Below the pieces are notes generated by a model. The model was not told where the DNA came from and searched no databases. It worked only from the letters and a program-made list of their open reading frames with translations. A program made the position numbers and the translations under genes. Of a stretch of 64,000 bases of DNA, positions 37,016 through 50,501 are shown piece by piece. The stretch comes from Raillietiella orientalis (Eukaryota), in NCBI GenBank assembly GCA_036172245.1, contig JAYWIR010000035.1:930001-994000 (forward strand). The letters are read 5' to 3'. The stretch's first letter is position 1; the number at the start of each line of letters is the position of its first letter.

Positions 37016-40000
37016 ATGACGTGCATGAGTTCTCAATCTTCCTTCTTGAATCCTGCAGACGTGGCCCGCGGGGACCCGACAGACAACGACGGGATGCGCT
37101 GCTTGCGGAGCCAGCGACAGCAGTTCCAGCAGAAGGTAGGAAGGGAGGAGAGAACTCGCCGCGTCAGCAGAGAGAATCGGGCGGACACGAATCGGCTCCG
37201 TGACAGCTTTCCCTTGGTCGCTCTCCGGAGAATCTACTCTTGTTGTGAGGTCAAGTACAGCTGCTCTTCGGTGCGAAATTGCGAGCGACGCGCCTGTGCT
37301 CTGCTTCGAAGAAGACTTGGGGCAGGCAGATCGAACTGTCTCGATCCACCGTGTGGATGGTCAAGTCGGGGGGCCTCCTGAGAATACAAACCAAATCACC
37401 ACTGCTGGCTTAGAGGATCGAGTCTTAGTAGGTGTCCTGCTTGGACTAATAATCTTGGCCAAAGATCACATATCTGGCGCTCCGCAACGATGAGGTCACT
37501 TGGACGAAAGTGACGCCGTTTGGCGATCACAGAGCGCGGAGCTCAAGGCGATCTCCCCAAAACTGCGAGTTCTTTTTGCCCTCCTTAACGCTTGAGTACG
37601 CGCACCGTTCAAAGTCCATCCTCCTCTTTCTCGGAAAGGTGGAAGGTTCTACTGAGATCGTTCGTCTGTCGGACGAACGCTCCTAACGGGTGCAGTGAGG
37701 GAACCCAGATGTTTATCATTATTATCATTAATGTCCAGCTGGAGGAGAAGTACCGTCGCATCCAGCAGCTGTGCCAGCAGATTGAGGAGGAGCAGGCAGC
37801 CCTTATGCGGGAGAGGATCTTAGCCGAGAAATACGAAGCCGCACTTCTGAAGGCTAACCAGGAGTCGGCCATCGTCAGGGAAGAAGCCATTCAGATGAAC
37901 TCCTACGTTTGTGACATCTCCAAAATGCACACGGAAGCAGAGGACCTCAGGCGGCGAATCGACGAGCTCCAGAAGCAGAAGGAGGAGAGCGAGAGGCTGT
38001 ATGAGGAGACAGAGGAGAAGCGCATCGCCAACGAGAAGGAGCAGTGCCAGATCAGGAAAGAGATCGAGGAGATAGTCTCCCTCAACGAGCAACTCCTGCG
38101 GGAGATGGAGCAGTCCAAGTACGAGGTGCGAATTGAGGGTCTCCTGGGGGCACTGCATCTGTCAGCATCTACGGTGCATGCACCCTTGATGTTGGGCGGC
38201 GGTGATGATGATTGAGGTAGAAGAGCCAGAGCGGAGGAAAGTCTCCAAGACACCGCATCCAGCTTCCTTCCATTACTGATGGCTGTACTGATGGTGCTTT
38301 TTTTCCTTTGCGCGCTATCCATTTCTCTCTCTCCTTTTATTCCCAAGCGGCTTCGCTCGTCTCCGTTAGTTACGGCAGGTCGAAAGGAGGCAGGGAGCCT
38401 ATTAGGAAGAGAGGAAGCAGGGAAGGAGGGAGCGTCCATGCTTGCATGCTTGTCGCTGCAAAACCAGGAAGAGATCAAAATTACAGCGAGGTCTGCTTGT
38501 TGATCTTCTCTAGTCTCTTGGAATGCCATAGCCTGAACCGCATCACGAGCCTCGAGCGGCCGAAAGTCCTTTGTAGGCGGAGAGTAATGATGGAATGATA
38601 GTAACGAGGAGGGGTGGGTATCTCAGGAATAGGCGAACGACGAGGAGAGTTCCAACAAGCTTCAAAGCTCTTTCCATACCCCGGATTTTCGAAAGATGTC
38701 TATAGCGAGTCACGCCTTCGGAAAGAAGCTCTGCTTCTAACAGAAAGCGAAACCGTCCTCTTCCACAGACCCTTCTCAAGGAGCAGTGGCATACCTTGAG
38801 ACTTACCGGATCCTACTCTCCTTTCGCTTTCTTCCCGCTTTTCTCCATCTGCATTCGGAGGACACCTGTGGAGATGAAGGGTGCGCCTTACGTGCGGAGA
38901 TTGTTCGCTCTCTCGACGCTTTTCTTTCTTGTTTTTTTCTTTCACTTTAGCCGTCAATGGGTCTAAGGTTGACTGATAGCTCTGCTTCATCTTTTATGGA
39001 CTCCACTTCCTATGTTTTTTTTATATTTCGATCCCATAGAAGGATCCCATAGTTGGACTCGGAGAGAGGATCGGTGTCATGGAGGACTCTATATCATTAC
39101 CATGAAGGAAAGGTTGGGAGGGAGGGAGGGAGAACGAGTCTCACCGAAAAAAGTCTTGATTCCCTCCTGCAGGTTGAGGAGCTGGGAAAGGAAACCGCCT
39201 CCCTCCAGTGCGAACTGGAGGCGAAGGACGCGGAACTGCAGCGCCAGCAAGGTAGAACTGAAGATATCGGCAAGGAAAGAGATGCTATCGACCGAGACCT
39301 CGAGCGAACCCGAGATTCTCTCAAGGAGATGCAGGATAAGCTCCGAGAGACCAAAGCTGCCATCGAGGACCTCCAGGAACAGTGCAAGGCGGAAACCACC
39401 CGTAGCAACGACCTCAGGAACCTGCGGGATCGCAAGCAGTTGGAGCTCGAGCAGCTCTTGTGTACCAAGAAGCAGGAGCTGGAACAATGCAAGCAGAAGA
39501 CCCATCATACCGAACGCGAGCTTGAGAAGATCAAGGAAGAGGTGAGATGAGGTCCGGGAGGAAACGATGCGGTGGAGGAGAAGGATGGAGAGAGGGTGGG
39601 AGCGAAACGAGCAGGCGGACGTGCCACGATGTCCCACAGCCGCGGATAGGTTCCCTTCTGGAAGTCTTCCCACATCTTCGAAGGGTAAGGGGGCAAGGAA
39701 GAGAAAGGCTATCAGGAGAATGAGAACGGAAGGTAACAGGGAAAGAAGAAGAGCAGCGGTGGTAAGAAAAGAAAATTTGATTTCTTCCTGCTCGATTAAG
39801 ACTGCCTGCATTCTCCCGATGCATCGTACGGTATTCTGATTTGGAAAGAGTGAGTACGCTCGTGAGGTGAAGGCAGCACCCTCCTCCGAGACCCGGAATG
39901 AGACAGCAGCAGCGAAGGCTGCGCCTATGTGCATTCTCGAGTTCTCTCTCCTTTCCTCTCCTCCAGAGAAATTGACCGGCCATACGAGCGTCTGTGCGTT

Positions 40001-43000
40001 CCAGAACTGTGAGAAGGAAAAACAGGTGCAGAGCGAGGAGGCCGAGGCTTCGAGAAAGTGCGAAGAGCTGAATGAGCTGCGGGCCTCCAACGAGCGCCTG
40101 GAGAGGGAGTGTGCCAAAGCCACGGAGGAGGCGGAACAGAGCAGGGTCGTCCTGAGCACATGCGAAGGCGAGGCGAAAAAGCTGGAAGAGCAGATTGAGG
40201 AGCTGACCAGGGAGATCCGAGAGTCTGAGGGCGAGATCTTCCGATCGAGAGAAGAGCTCGACGGTCTCAGGACGCTCAACGTTGCGTCGCTCACGCAAAT
40301 GCAGGCGGAGCTGGAGAGGCAGCAGGAATCCAAGAAGCAACTGCAGGAGGAAGCGAACTCGCTCTCCAAGAAGGTGAGGCGGGGACCAACTGGCGTGTAG
40401 GACTCCCTCGAGGCATCCCCTTCTATCCTTTCACACGAGGCGCCAGACTTTCGCGTCGTCTCCCCAAAATATTCAAAAGCAGCTGTGACTCCGCTTTCCT
40501 CCTCGCTAGCGTACGCGTGTGAGAGCGAGCAGTCAATGAAGGGGTTTTTTCCTCAAGCACTCAGCGCTGAGATGAGTCATAGCTACGAGCTTCCACACTC
40601 CTGTCTGGGATTTCGCTCTCGCTGTTGGCGGGGACTCTGGGAGCGCAGTTGTGCAAAACTACTGGAAGTTTCCGCGGGAGTAAGTTTGCAGAGAAAAGGA
40701 AAAGAGAATTTCCGGGAAAGTGAAGCAGGAGCGGCACCGCCACCACTCTGTCCTTCTATTCTTTTCCTGTCCTTTTCATTCGGAGGGTAAGGAAGGAGGG
40801 AACGCGTTTCTTTCCAGGTGGTGAATCCATCTGCCTTCTGGGAAAGGATCTTCGGTATTTAATTCGACGATATTTTTGTCACGGTAGAGGAGGGAAGGGT
40901 TCAAGAAGGACATACCTGTGGTAAAGAGACACCTAAAAGACGAAGAAGTTGGAAAGAAGACATCGGATGCGGGATGATATAGTGAAAGGAAGACACGAAC
41001 ACTCATGTCTTCCCTTCCCTTTGCTTCGTGCTTTCTCATCGGGATGGGAGAGTGTCGATCTCATCCCGGGTGATAGAGGAATTGCAAACGTTGGACGAAA
41101 CCAGCGGGGTTTGCTGGAGTTCTATGGGCGTCTGAGCAATGACTACTGCTCTTGTGTCTTCACCTTAAGAACTCCTCCGCATCCTGCCGGTAGTGTCACA
41201 AGAACAGTTTCCTTTTGCTCCTTTCTCCTGCCGAAATTCGATCCTTCTTAGGCTAAGATGCCTTTCAAGTGCTGCGCATCTAGATTTCTCGCCCTTCCCC
41301 TGGGTCTACTTTCCGATTCCTGCATTTGCTTTTCTTTCGTTTCCTTCTTTTCTTTCCCCGATGCGTGGTCACTGACGGGAGAGGATATGTATTAAGGAGA
41401 ATGGGGAGAAGGTGTATCGGCAGCGTCTTGGGTGCAGAGATTCGTATGGGAGACTCCTGGTCGTCGATTGCTTTCCGTAGGGTCACCAGAACGGAATCGA
41501 GGGACCAGCTGGCAGGGAAAGGCATAACAGGGATGGGAGGAAAGGTGATAGTTGATTCCCAGAGGTGAGAGAAGGTGCAACTGCTCCTTGTCTGCTGAGT
41601 TATTGTGGACCTCCTAGATGCCCACTGTAGACCCTCTCGCTGCATTGCGCATTCTCTTTATCTTTCCTGGCAAGAGTCGGAAAAAGTCACCTGGACACTT
41701 CCGCATTCCACAATCCTTTGCCCTTTGGCAATCCCTGTACTTCAGACTCGAGGGAGATCTCATGCCGCCGTCTCATCCTTTCCCTGGCCACTCTTGCACT
41801 TGCTTACATCCCTTTCCAGATCCAGGACTACGAGCAGAACTTCCAGCAGCTGCACAAGGAAGTAGAGCAGAAAAGCAAGGCCTTAAGAGAGGAAGAGCTC
41901 AGGGAGAAGAAAGTGAAAGAGGACATGGACAGACTGCTAATGGAGGAGGCGCAGCTGAAGGCGAGCGTCGAGAAGCTGCGCCAGGAGCTTGAGAAGCCAT
42001 CTGCAGATCTGGACCACCTGAACAGAGAAATCGTCCGCATCGAGAAGGAAAATCTCCAGGCGTCCGCAGAACAGAAGGAGCTGGAAGCCGAGCTGGAGAA
42101 GGTCAGGCGTGAGTCCGAGGCCATCAAGAGTCAGGCCAAGGGGCAAATGAAGGAAGAAAAGCAGAAGAACACGGCTTTAGAGAAGAGGATCGAAGAGGTT
42201 TCTAAGAAGGTAAGAAAGGGAAAGGCGTCTTCTTTCCTCCTCTTTCCACATACCTTTTTTCTCGAAACTGCCAAAAAATAGAAAGAAACGGGGGGATCTC
42301 TTGGATGCCCCTGTCCTGTGGTTTTGCTAGAGCCACCTCAGGGCAGCAGTTGCTGCTGTTAGGGACGCGAAACGCGTTCTAAGTCCGAACTCGGAGTCGT
42401 CTCTTACAGCTCAACGACATCGAGGGTGAGTTGTCCACAAAGGAGACCTCTGTCCAGACACTTCGTGAGGAGCTGTCCCGTTCCCAAACGAGACTTAGAG
42501 AACGACACAAGGAGTGCGAGTTGGTCCGCTGCGACGTGGATGCGTGCAGCCGTGATATGGAGCTGGTCGAAAACGAGAGATCTAGGGCACAGCAGCAGTT
42601 CGACCTACGAACGAAGGAGCTAGAGGAGGAGGAGACAAAGCTCTCTGAGCTCCTAAAGAAAGAGGAGCATTTGAAGACTTCTGCAGAGAACGAGAGGCAG
42701 GAGAGTGCCGCCGAGAAGGCCGAGGCGGAGAAGGCCCTTCGGGTCGAGACGGAGAAGAGGATGCAAATGGAGAAGAACCTCGCCTCCCTGAAGTCGAAGG
42801 TACGCTGGTCGGTCGGCTCCCGAAAAGAAGATGCCGCGGTTTGCGCGAGTCGGGCGGCGGCGGAAGCAATCGGTGCACTCCGTCATCAGTGACTGACGAT
42901 CCCATCCGAGTCGGTCAATCCTGACTCCCCGCCCTCATTTCTGCGCTGCGAAAAAGAAGAAAAAAGGGAGGTACCGGAGGTAGCTGCAGAGGAACAGCAC

Positions 43001-44220
43001 CATGGAGGTTGTTCTTCTTCGAACGAGCATCATGGAAGCTCTTTCGCACGTTTCACAGGGATAGGGATGCTCTTGACATGGAGACGGAAGGGAGGCAGGA
43101 CGGCTGCTCCCAAGTTTGCGAGCGTAACACTGTCGCCTCGAGAAAACAAGAAAAACAGAGGAAATGGATGCTGAATCGTCGATGATGAGCATGTCAGAGG
43201 GGGAAAGTCTTCGTGCCTCCCTCCTCTGCTTTCTCCCTTTCCTCTTGCATTTGGAAGCAGCTCGCTCCTGGTGCGTTCGAACGACGATGGGACGAAGCCA
43301 CCGCTACAGCTCGTCTTATACTCTGGAAGATGCACTCTATTTTTCTCCGCAACAGGAAAGAGGAGTTCACATTCCTCCTTGTTTGCTCGTTAAAATTCGA
43401 AACCAGCCTGCCTCTTCCCCATAACCCACGCAGGAGCACAAACCTCTGCGTCCTGCTTCCCACATCTCGTCCCGACATTCCCTGAAGGAACACAAGCTCT
43501 CCCACTCTTACCGTCAAAAAGAGATCAGGAAACGCAGAGACAGCTCTGTTGTTGTTGCTTTTTTCTCCCTGTGCGCGTATATCGATCTTCATCTTCATCA
43601 TTTTGGGGGATGACGTAACCAGCTCTGTAGCGGATGAGCCTGCAGAGCCGTGCAACTTTCGTAAATTATTGAGATAGAATCGTTTGTTGCCACCTACGCA
43701 GCGCATGATGAATTCTTGGTCCCAGGATGCCTTTTTCTGCTGGCTTTCTTTCCGGCTTCCTTTGTTTCTTCTTGCTTCTGGTGAAGTCTTGCTCTCCGTA
43801 TCGGGATGGATGGGTGACGGCCACACTGGTGCTCTCTGAAAAGCCATCTTTTTGAGGTAGCGAATCGTTGCTAGAACGTAGAAGAACAACACTTTGTTTG
43901 CTTGCTTGCTTGCTTGTCCCTTCTAGAGGCTGCAACTCTGGACTCAGGTAGAAGAGCCACTTTTGGCTCTTGAGCGCCATCAACGCGATCACCATTGTTT
44001 TTTCCACGCTGCATAATGAGCTATCGGGCAAAAGGCGATTTAAGCGCTTTCGAGGTCTTAGTCGAAATCCTCCACTAAGGTTGCCACTTTCCAGATCCAG
44101 GAAGAGTTCAGCGCACAGCTGAACACAGAGGTGAGCAAGGTCACGAGTCTGCACCACGAGCTGAGCAGCGTGCAGACGGCCTTGGAGAATGTCGCCGACC
44201 AAGTTTGTAACAAGTGCTAA
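37016..44220 (+). CDS. Unrecognised long coiled-coil protein, ~716 aa, 7 exons built from repeated phase-0 modules
   Basis: Exons 37016-37135 (least certain), 37739-38125, 39173-39541, 40005-40373, 41820-42209, 42410-42799, 44095-44220. All are GT-AG, phase 0 and free of internal stops. The sequence is E/K/Q/R/L-rich heptad pattern with high GC3. AATAAA occurs at 44410 and 44476. Confidence 0.8.
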
Positions 44221-44835
44221 CCTCTCTTGCCTTTTTCTCGTTCCTCATCGACTTATCCCGTTTCTGCGTGTCTCCCGGGTTATCGTCGTTCCGCTCCGCA
44301 AACCTCGACCCTGGAAGACTGGCTGCACTTTCTCGAAACAGCGCCCCTCCCACCCTCCAAGTGTGCCGTGCGAGTGCTGCTGGTCCTAACAAGAAGAGGA
44401 AACCCCAGAAATAAAGATCCTCATCAGCACAACAGCCTCTCAAGGAATCAGTTGATCCGGAGGATCACTTGGTGAAATAAAATTCCAAGGAAATTGAGTT
44501 TGCAGTTCGCACTTTCTGGCGTATCTAAAATGATCCCTTCCGGCACTCTTCGTTCAGCATCCAACTCTTGATCCGTTTCGCGTCAGCGTTCAGTTCTAGA
44601 TTCGTTGGACGTGTATGTTCCTCAGACGAAGATGCAAAGGACAGAAAGGAGCAAAAATTGAATTTTTCGAATTCTTCCAATTTCTGGAACTCAAAGGCCG
44701 GTGCAGGTCACCGTGACAGGAGTGTACTCTTTTTTATTGTCGCTGTTGTTATCATTTTTCCTTTACTCTTTCTCTCTTCCTGATCCGTGATGTGGATCTC
44801 ATCGGCATCTTCAATCGATGGTCGGAATTGGTAGG

Positions 44836-44858
44836 ACACTAGTCAGTGTGACTAGTGT
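44836..44858. repeat. Perfect 10-bp hairpin followed by (TTTA)n
   Basis: ACACTAGTCA-GTG-TGACTAGTGT, then TTTATTTATTTATTT at ~44862-44876. Confidence 0.8.
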
Positions 44859-45499
44859 AGGTTTATTTATTTATTTAATTAATTTAAAAAATAAAAAGCC
44901 CCGGCGCAGCCAGGTGACAATCCTCTCCCCAAAACAAGGGGAGGTGACACCAAAGTATTAAAAGTAAAAGGCCAAAAAGAAGGTGGTGGGTCTTGCCGCA
45001 GAGGAAACCATCGCGAGACCTCGGATTCCGAGCTGGAGTCGGAAAACCCAAGCATCAACGCAGTCGAAACCAGCGAGAAGGAGCACATCCTCGTAGGAAA
45101 GGGCTGTACTCGCCGAGGAAGGCGAAAGCATGCAGATGGATTCCCGAGAATCACCGACAGAGAGGATGCTCCGATCCGGACAAAGAACCGGGGTTACAGA
45201 AGGAAAAGAGTAAGAAATGTCCACTTGCCACCGACTCGCCTCCCGCTTCACTACCAATTGGGAGCCGACTCGCCCTCTTCCCTCCGAGTACCCGCTTCAT
45301 GCCATCGAATATGTCAACGGACTGCGAGACGACAGCAAGAGACGGGACGTAGCCACTACCTCCCCTATCCTTATATCTGATGCTCCTTCAAGAGATCCGC
45401 GAGATCTCAGCAGAGAACGTTCGGAGATCGAGAGGATCGCGTATGGGAAGCTGTGTTAGCATTGCGGCTCCGTAAGCTCATGTGGAGCTGCCTTCCTGC

Positions 45500-48400
45500 T
45501 AAAGCCAGTCGTAGAAAACCCGATGTGGGACGTTTCGACGAGGGAGGACAACTTGTGGTCAAGTGGCCCGAATCGATCCACCTCATGGTCACAGACATTG
45601 CGCTTCAGCTTCTGTGGGACTAAAACTCGGCCCTTCGATGCGAGATGCAGGAGTGAGGAGAACGCACCTGATTGCAGGAGATTCCAACATCCCTCTGCTC
45701 TCAGGTGCGGCCAGCTCAACCTACTCAACGAATTGTGCGCAGCTACTCTTGCGTGCAAGTTGTAGTCCAGTGTAGCCGGGATGGAAAGAAGTGCCTCTCA
45801 CATCTTCTTCGACGACCACCCTCGCGGGTCTGTCATCCTGGAAGGGGATGCGAACGATCCTTTCGGACCATGGCCGGATTGAGCTGGAAGTGCTTCCAAG
45901 CTGGAAGCGGTCTCCCTCCCAACTCGTGGCCTCTGACAGAAGACGGACTTTACATGGGGGAAGTGGAGGAACAGTTCGGTGAATTCCTGCGGTGTGTGAC
46001 CGTGCAGCAGCTCAAAGAGAGGGACGAGACGAAGCGCCCGATCTGGGAGCTGTGCAGAAACTTTTCAATGGACCGACTTCCATCCAGTTTCTGCGAGGGA
46101 ATGAAAAAAGAGAGCACTGTCTTGCAGGCTTGTCCTGTAGAGGTAAGGACAGACACATGTCGTCTGGTTGAGGTTCTAGCCGGTTCTGAGCGTCAAGTCT
46201 GGCAGTCCAGCTTGCTGGACGACCTGGACCAGGAACGCTCTTCTCTGGTGGAGGTTGAGTGCACAGCACCGTGCGCAATTTCTACCGTCTGGAGCAAGTG
46301 TAGCCCCGGACTTGTAGTGGACGCGGTGCAAAGGAGAACTTCCTGCACCTGTTTTCGAGTGCTCTGTTCTCCAGAGTGTTAGGGAATGTTCGGATGCGTC
46401 CCTGGACTCACCCAGCCTGACAACGCGAGAAGCACGTTGAGAGGCCTCATCACTCGCTGCGGAGCTTCGCCTGCGGCGAGCGTCCGCAGCTCTGTGCTGT
46501 TGCTTACGCGTTGTCGCGGTGGCAGAAAGCTGCGATGATGACGGAGGCCACACGACCAGAGACGCCGCCCCGTTGAGGATGACCAAGGGATGATCACATT
46601 TCTCTCGGAACAAGGAGGGACTTGCCGGCATCCTGCAAAGGATGCAGAGGACTCCGGGGAGTGCACTGGGATCCCTTCTCTCGTCCCTCTCACCTCTTTG
46701 AAACCCTTTTTTTCATGACCGTCGTAGAGAGATAGTTTTTGTCGTTTCTGTTTATCTCCAATCTCTTTCCTTGTGAGTTCATCTCATGAAAAGCTGCACG
46801 CGAACAGCACAGCCTCCATTGATATATGGATGTGGAGAGATGACAGGTACGGAAAATGGACTTTCTATGACTGTTTTTTTGTGAACATCTAAAAATCTAC
46901 ATTCAAAAATTTGAATTTTTTTTTTTTACAATAAATGCCCCGTCATGACCGGGTGAAAATACTTCTTCCTCCAATCGCCTCCAAAGTGCTCATCATGTTC
47001 ATCCTACATCTGGTACGCCCAAAACTAGGACTCTAGTCTCCTTTTAAGCATTCCATGGTCAAGAATTCTTCCGAGTTTGTAAAGATTTTAGGCAATTACA
47101 GACTTGCAGCTACAAGAGCTGGGAGAGTTGTCACCCAGTTACGCGGGGACGTTCATTGTAAAAAAAAAAAAAAAGAGTACATGCTTATAAACTGCCATGC
47201 AAAAAAAAAGAAAAGAGCCATTCTTCCGTAGTGGGTTTGTTATTCCATTACGTCGGTAAGGGAGTCCTGGAAGCAACTCTTGCTCTCGAGCACATTGTCT
47301 TGAGTGATCTGCACAGGAAAAACAAGGTGGGAGGGAGTAAAGAGGAGCGGAAGGAGTATGCTTTCTCGAGTGCAGCATCATTACACTCAGGAAGCCGTCG
47401 TACTTAACTGGGATGAGGGACTTTGAGACTCTTTGTTCCTCGCGTGAAGCCTTCGTGTGGAACGACTGCCAAGCCAGAGAGAGAGAGTAATATGGAAATT
47501 GCTATCTATGGAAGAAGGAACTGGAGGAAAAAAATTGCCGCAGGATGCGCAAGAGTCAGGCAAGCGAGAAAAGTAAGACTTGTTCCATCTCGTCTCTCAT
47601 AGCATAAAGGGGAGATGGACAAATCATTTGGCCTCATTGCACGCAGAAGCATCCGGAAAACGGGAGCGATAAGATTCAGGTATGTATGGAAATGCGATCG
47701 GCTGCCTGCAGTCGATGTCTCTAGTGACAGACCTGATTCTACAAAAAGGGATTTGGCCCGTTCTCCCAATTACGGACCCAGGTCGTGCCTGTCTGTGAGT
47801 TATCTGATGTGCAATCGTGATTCATCTTCTCCAGCGAAAAGGTCGCGAGAAATTTGACTAAAAAGTGCGTGCACAGACCGGTGGTAGAAGAATAGACGGC
47901 GTTTCCATCAATATTCGTGATCTTTGACTTGAGATTCAGAAGAAATACCACCGAAGACCACCAGATGGTAGATTCATTTGAAGTCGAATGGGAAATCATA
48001 GAAGCACTGAGTATTGGGTAGTCAACGTGGGCGGAACACACACGCATCGTTTTGTGCTAATAGGCCATTTTCCTCGGAATACTTAAGTGTCATTCCGTCA
48101 TTGTAGTGCGCCGGGGAGTACCAGGTATCTCCCTGTTCCGTTCTCTGTGCCATACAGCGATTTGTAAGGCATTCTGTAGCAAATCCAGGAGGAGGCATAT
48201 CCGAACAGCACCCTAACACCACATGAAAGAAGCGTCACTCTCATGTCGCTCCTTTCACGTGCCATCCATTGGCAACATAACACTTTCCTCTCCTTTTCAC
48301 GATTCTGGAACGGATCAATTGAGCAGGAAAAGTCTTGGATGTGGGAAGATGGGAGCTCGTTTTCTCGAATGCTCCATGTACGACCGAGCCTTCTAAGGTT

Positions 48401-49210
48401 GCAGAAGGCGAAACAGTAGAAGATTGCAGGGAGAAAGCGAAAGAGATACAAAAAGGACAATTCCCCATTGAGAGGTTGAGGATACCAAGGCTGAATCCTA
48501 TTCATGTAAGGACGCACTCTTACTGCGCTTCATATGGACAACAAGAGTCATCAGAGAAAACAAATAGTGCCTATAGAAGATTCGGACGGTTGATTTTGAG
48601 AAAATTTCCAGTGGAAATCAACTGGTGACATTAAAAAGCCAAAATTACAACCGACTGCGTAAGGAAAGCGATCTGATAAGACATCTGATCTGATCCAGGA
48701 AGGATGAGGAAATAGTTTTACAAAGATGTGGAAAAGAGGGAGCAGGACATGGACCATTATATCTACTGAGATGGGCACCCTGAATGCTTCCACAATAGGG
48801 ACAGGAAATCTTCAAACGAATGTAACAGATCCATACGTCAGATTTGGGAAACTTGATGCCAGGGTGCCTGTTGCCGAAGGGACAGATTCTGCGTCCATCT
48901 TCCCTCAGAAGCACTAAGAGACTTCTGGAGAAGGCGATCCATTGAAGCTAGAAAGGCGTTCGATCGTGTTCCCAAAGCAGTCCTGGAGGATACTCTGATC
49001 AATGCTCGTCTTCAGCTGCTTATCCTGATATCGAGGAGCATTTCTTTAGCTTCCCGAGATTATTCTTCTCTCCTAGAGTCTCCATTATTTGTTCGGGTCT
49101 TTCTTGCTTGTCCTTCGCATGCTTCTTAAAAAACCATCTACCTGGTGGGCTGCTTTGCAACGGTTCATCTCAGGAATATCCTGCTGTATTTTCAAACAAT
49201 AAATCTTCCA
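45500..49210 (+). mobile_element. Decayed CR1/L2-like LINE (APE endonuclease + RT)
   Basis: Ordered motifs: HLIAGDSNIP (like GDFN, ~45670), ILSDHGRIELEV (SDH, ~45860), TKRDLARSPNYGPRSCLS (like KKGDxxxPxNYRPISLLS, ~47750), GVP (~48115) and NSFTKM (like RRFTKM, ~48715). AATAAA at ~49198. Multiple frameshifts. Confidence 0.55.
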
Positions 49211-49556
49211 TGCATTTATTTAGATAAGCACAAGTAACACAGGAGTTTTCCTGAGCTCTTCGGATGAGAGGCTGGCTCGACTCCAGCATGAGAGAAGTTG
49301 AAGACGATTCAGTTGAATGTGAGTTTCGATCTCAGAGTTTGGGAAGAGTTTAGATGGAGAATGTGCATGTGGGAAACTGCGACAGGCGATACACCTTCTG
49401 TCTTCTGGAATGCTGACGCATCTCACATTTCGGCAAGTCCTTCCATCCCAAATCATCGCTATTTCCCAAAAAGGTGAGCAGATCTTCTTGTGCGTCTGTG
49501 CTTGACTTCTTCCAGAAACGGAATCGAACTGTGTGATCCTTGTTTTACTTTTGTAA

Positions 49557-50501
49557 TTACAGAGACAGCTTGGAAACCATCAGTTGGAACGAATTTTCCA
49601 AGTCCATTATTTCCTTCCTGAGAGTTTTCATTTCTGACAGAACCTTTTGCACGGTGTCCTCTTTATTCTGAAAGACAAAGCGCACGGTTGATAACAGATG
49701 TGTTGGAAGTTCCTCCCCCCTTCCCCCCCCCCCACACACACACACATCCTTTCCTCCTCCCCCGACTTAGTTCGGAAGTTCGCCTCAGATATGCATCGCT
49801 TCGGTGATAACATCGTTCACCTGAAACTCGCGTCACTGAGTGTCACGTACACACGACAGTAATTACGTACGCTGTCAATGACATTTTGAGTAGTCGTCAG
49901 GGTACATGTCGTATTCAGTGTCGTGTTCGCGAAAAAGAATTTTCGATCAAAAAATAAAAGGAAAAGGAAAAGCGCGAGCTGTCTCGGTTTCGCAATCGAA
50001 AACAACCATTTTACGTCCTGAGTGACAATGTTAGCGAATTGCTGTCGTTTTCTCAGGCCCGCGGCCAGAGGTGATACTAGAGGAATATCAAAACGAGAAT
50101 ACAACCTCTCTTCCATCCCTCCAGCAGAATTCAGGAGGGCGTCTGTTTTGGAACTTTGACAGTGATAACGAGGATTCAACTGGCGTAATTAATTTGGGGC
50201 ACTCGTTCGAAGTTGTCCTTGGAGCTTGCAGTTCTTCCGAGAATCGAGACACGAGCACTCGACCTTCTTCGGTTCCGAAAAGCTTGTGGATGGTTCTCTC
50301 CAGGTTCCTGTAGAGATCTTTCAGCCTAGCCTCCGCGCTTTCCCTTTCTATGAGGTACTGAACAAACTGCGGGGGCATCGAGGTATCCCCTTCCGAAATA
50401 GATGAATGCACGAGGTGATTCTTGAAAGTTTCGTATTGTCTGATCCTTGGCACGAATTCCAGAATTTGCTCATACAATCTCAAAAGGATCTCTTCCATTT
50501 C
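49557..50501 (-). CDS. Candidate orphan gene exons (unknown product)
   Basis: Exon-like 50501-50106 (acceptor CTCCCTGTTTAG, donor GAG|GTTGTA, 132 codons, EMEEILLRLYEQILEF...) and 49667-49557 (acceptor CTTTGTCTTTCAG, NKEDTVQKVLSEMKTLRKEIMDLENSFQLMVSKLSL*). They join in phase 0. Confidence 0.45.

Noticed and set aside
39089..40369. 426-aa minus-strand ORF and other S/L/F-rich antisense ORFs across 37.6-44.2 kb
   Set aside because: Shadow frames of the GC-rich, E/K-rich coiled-coil exons. Low-complexity composition and no recognisable motif.
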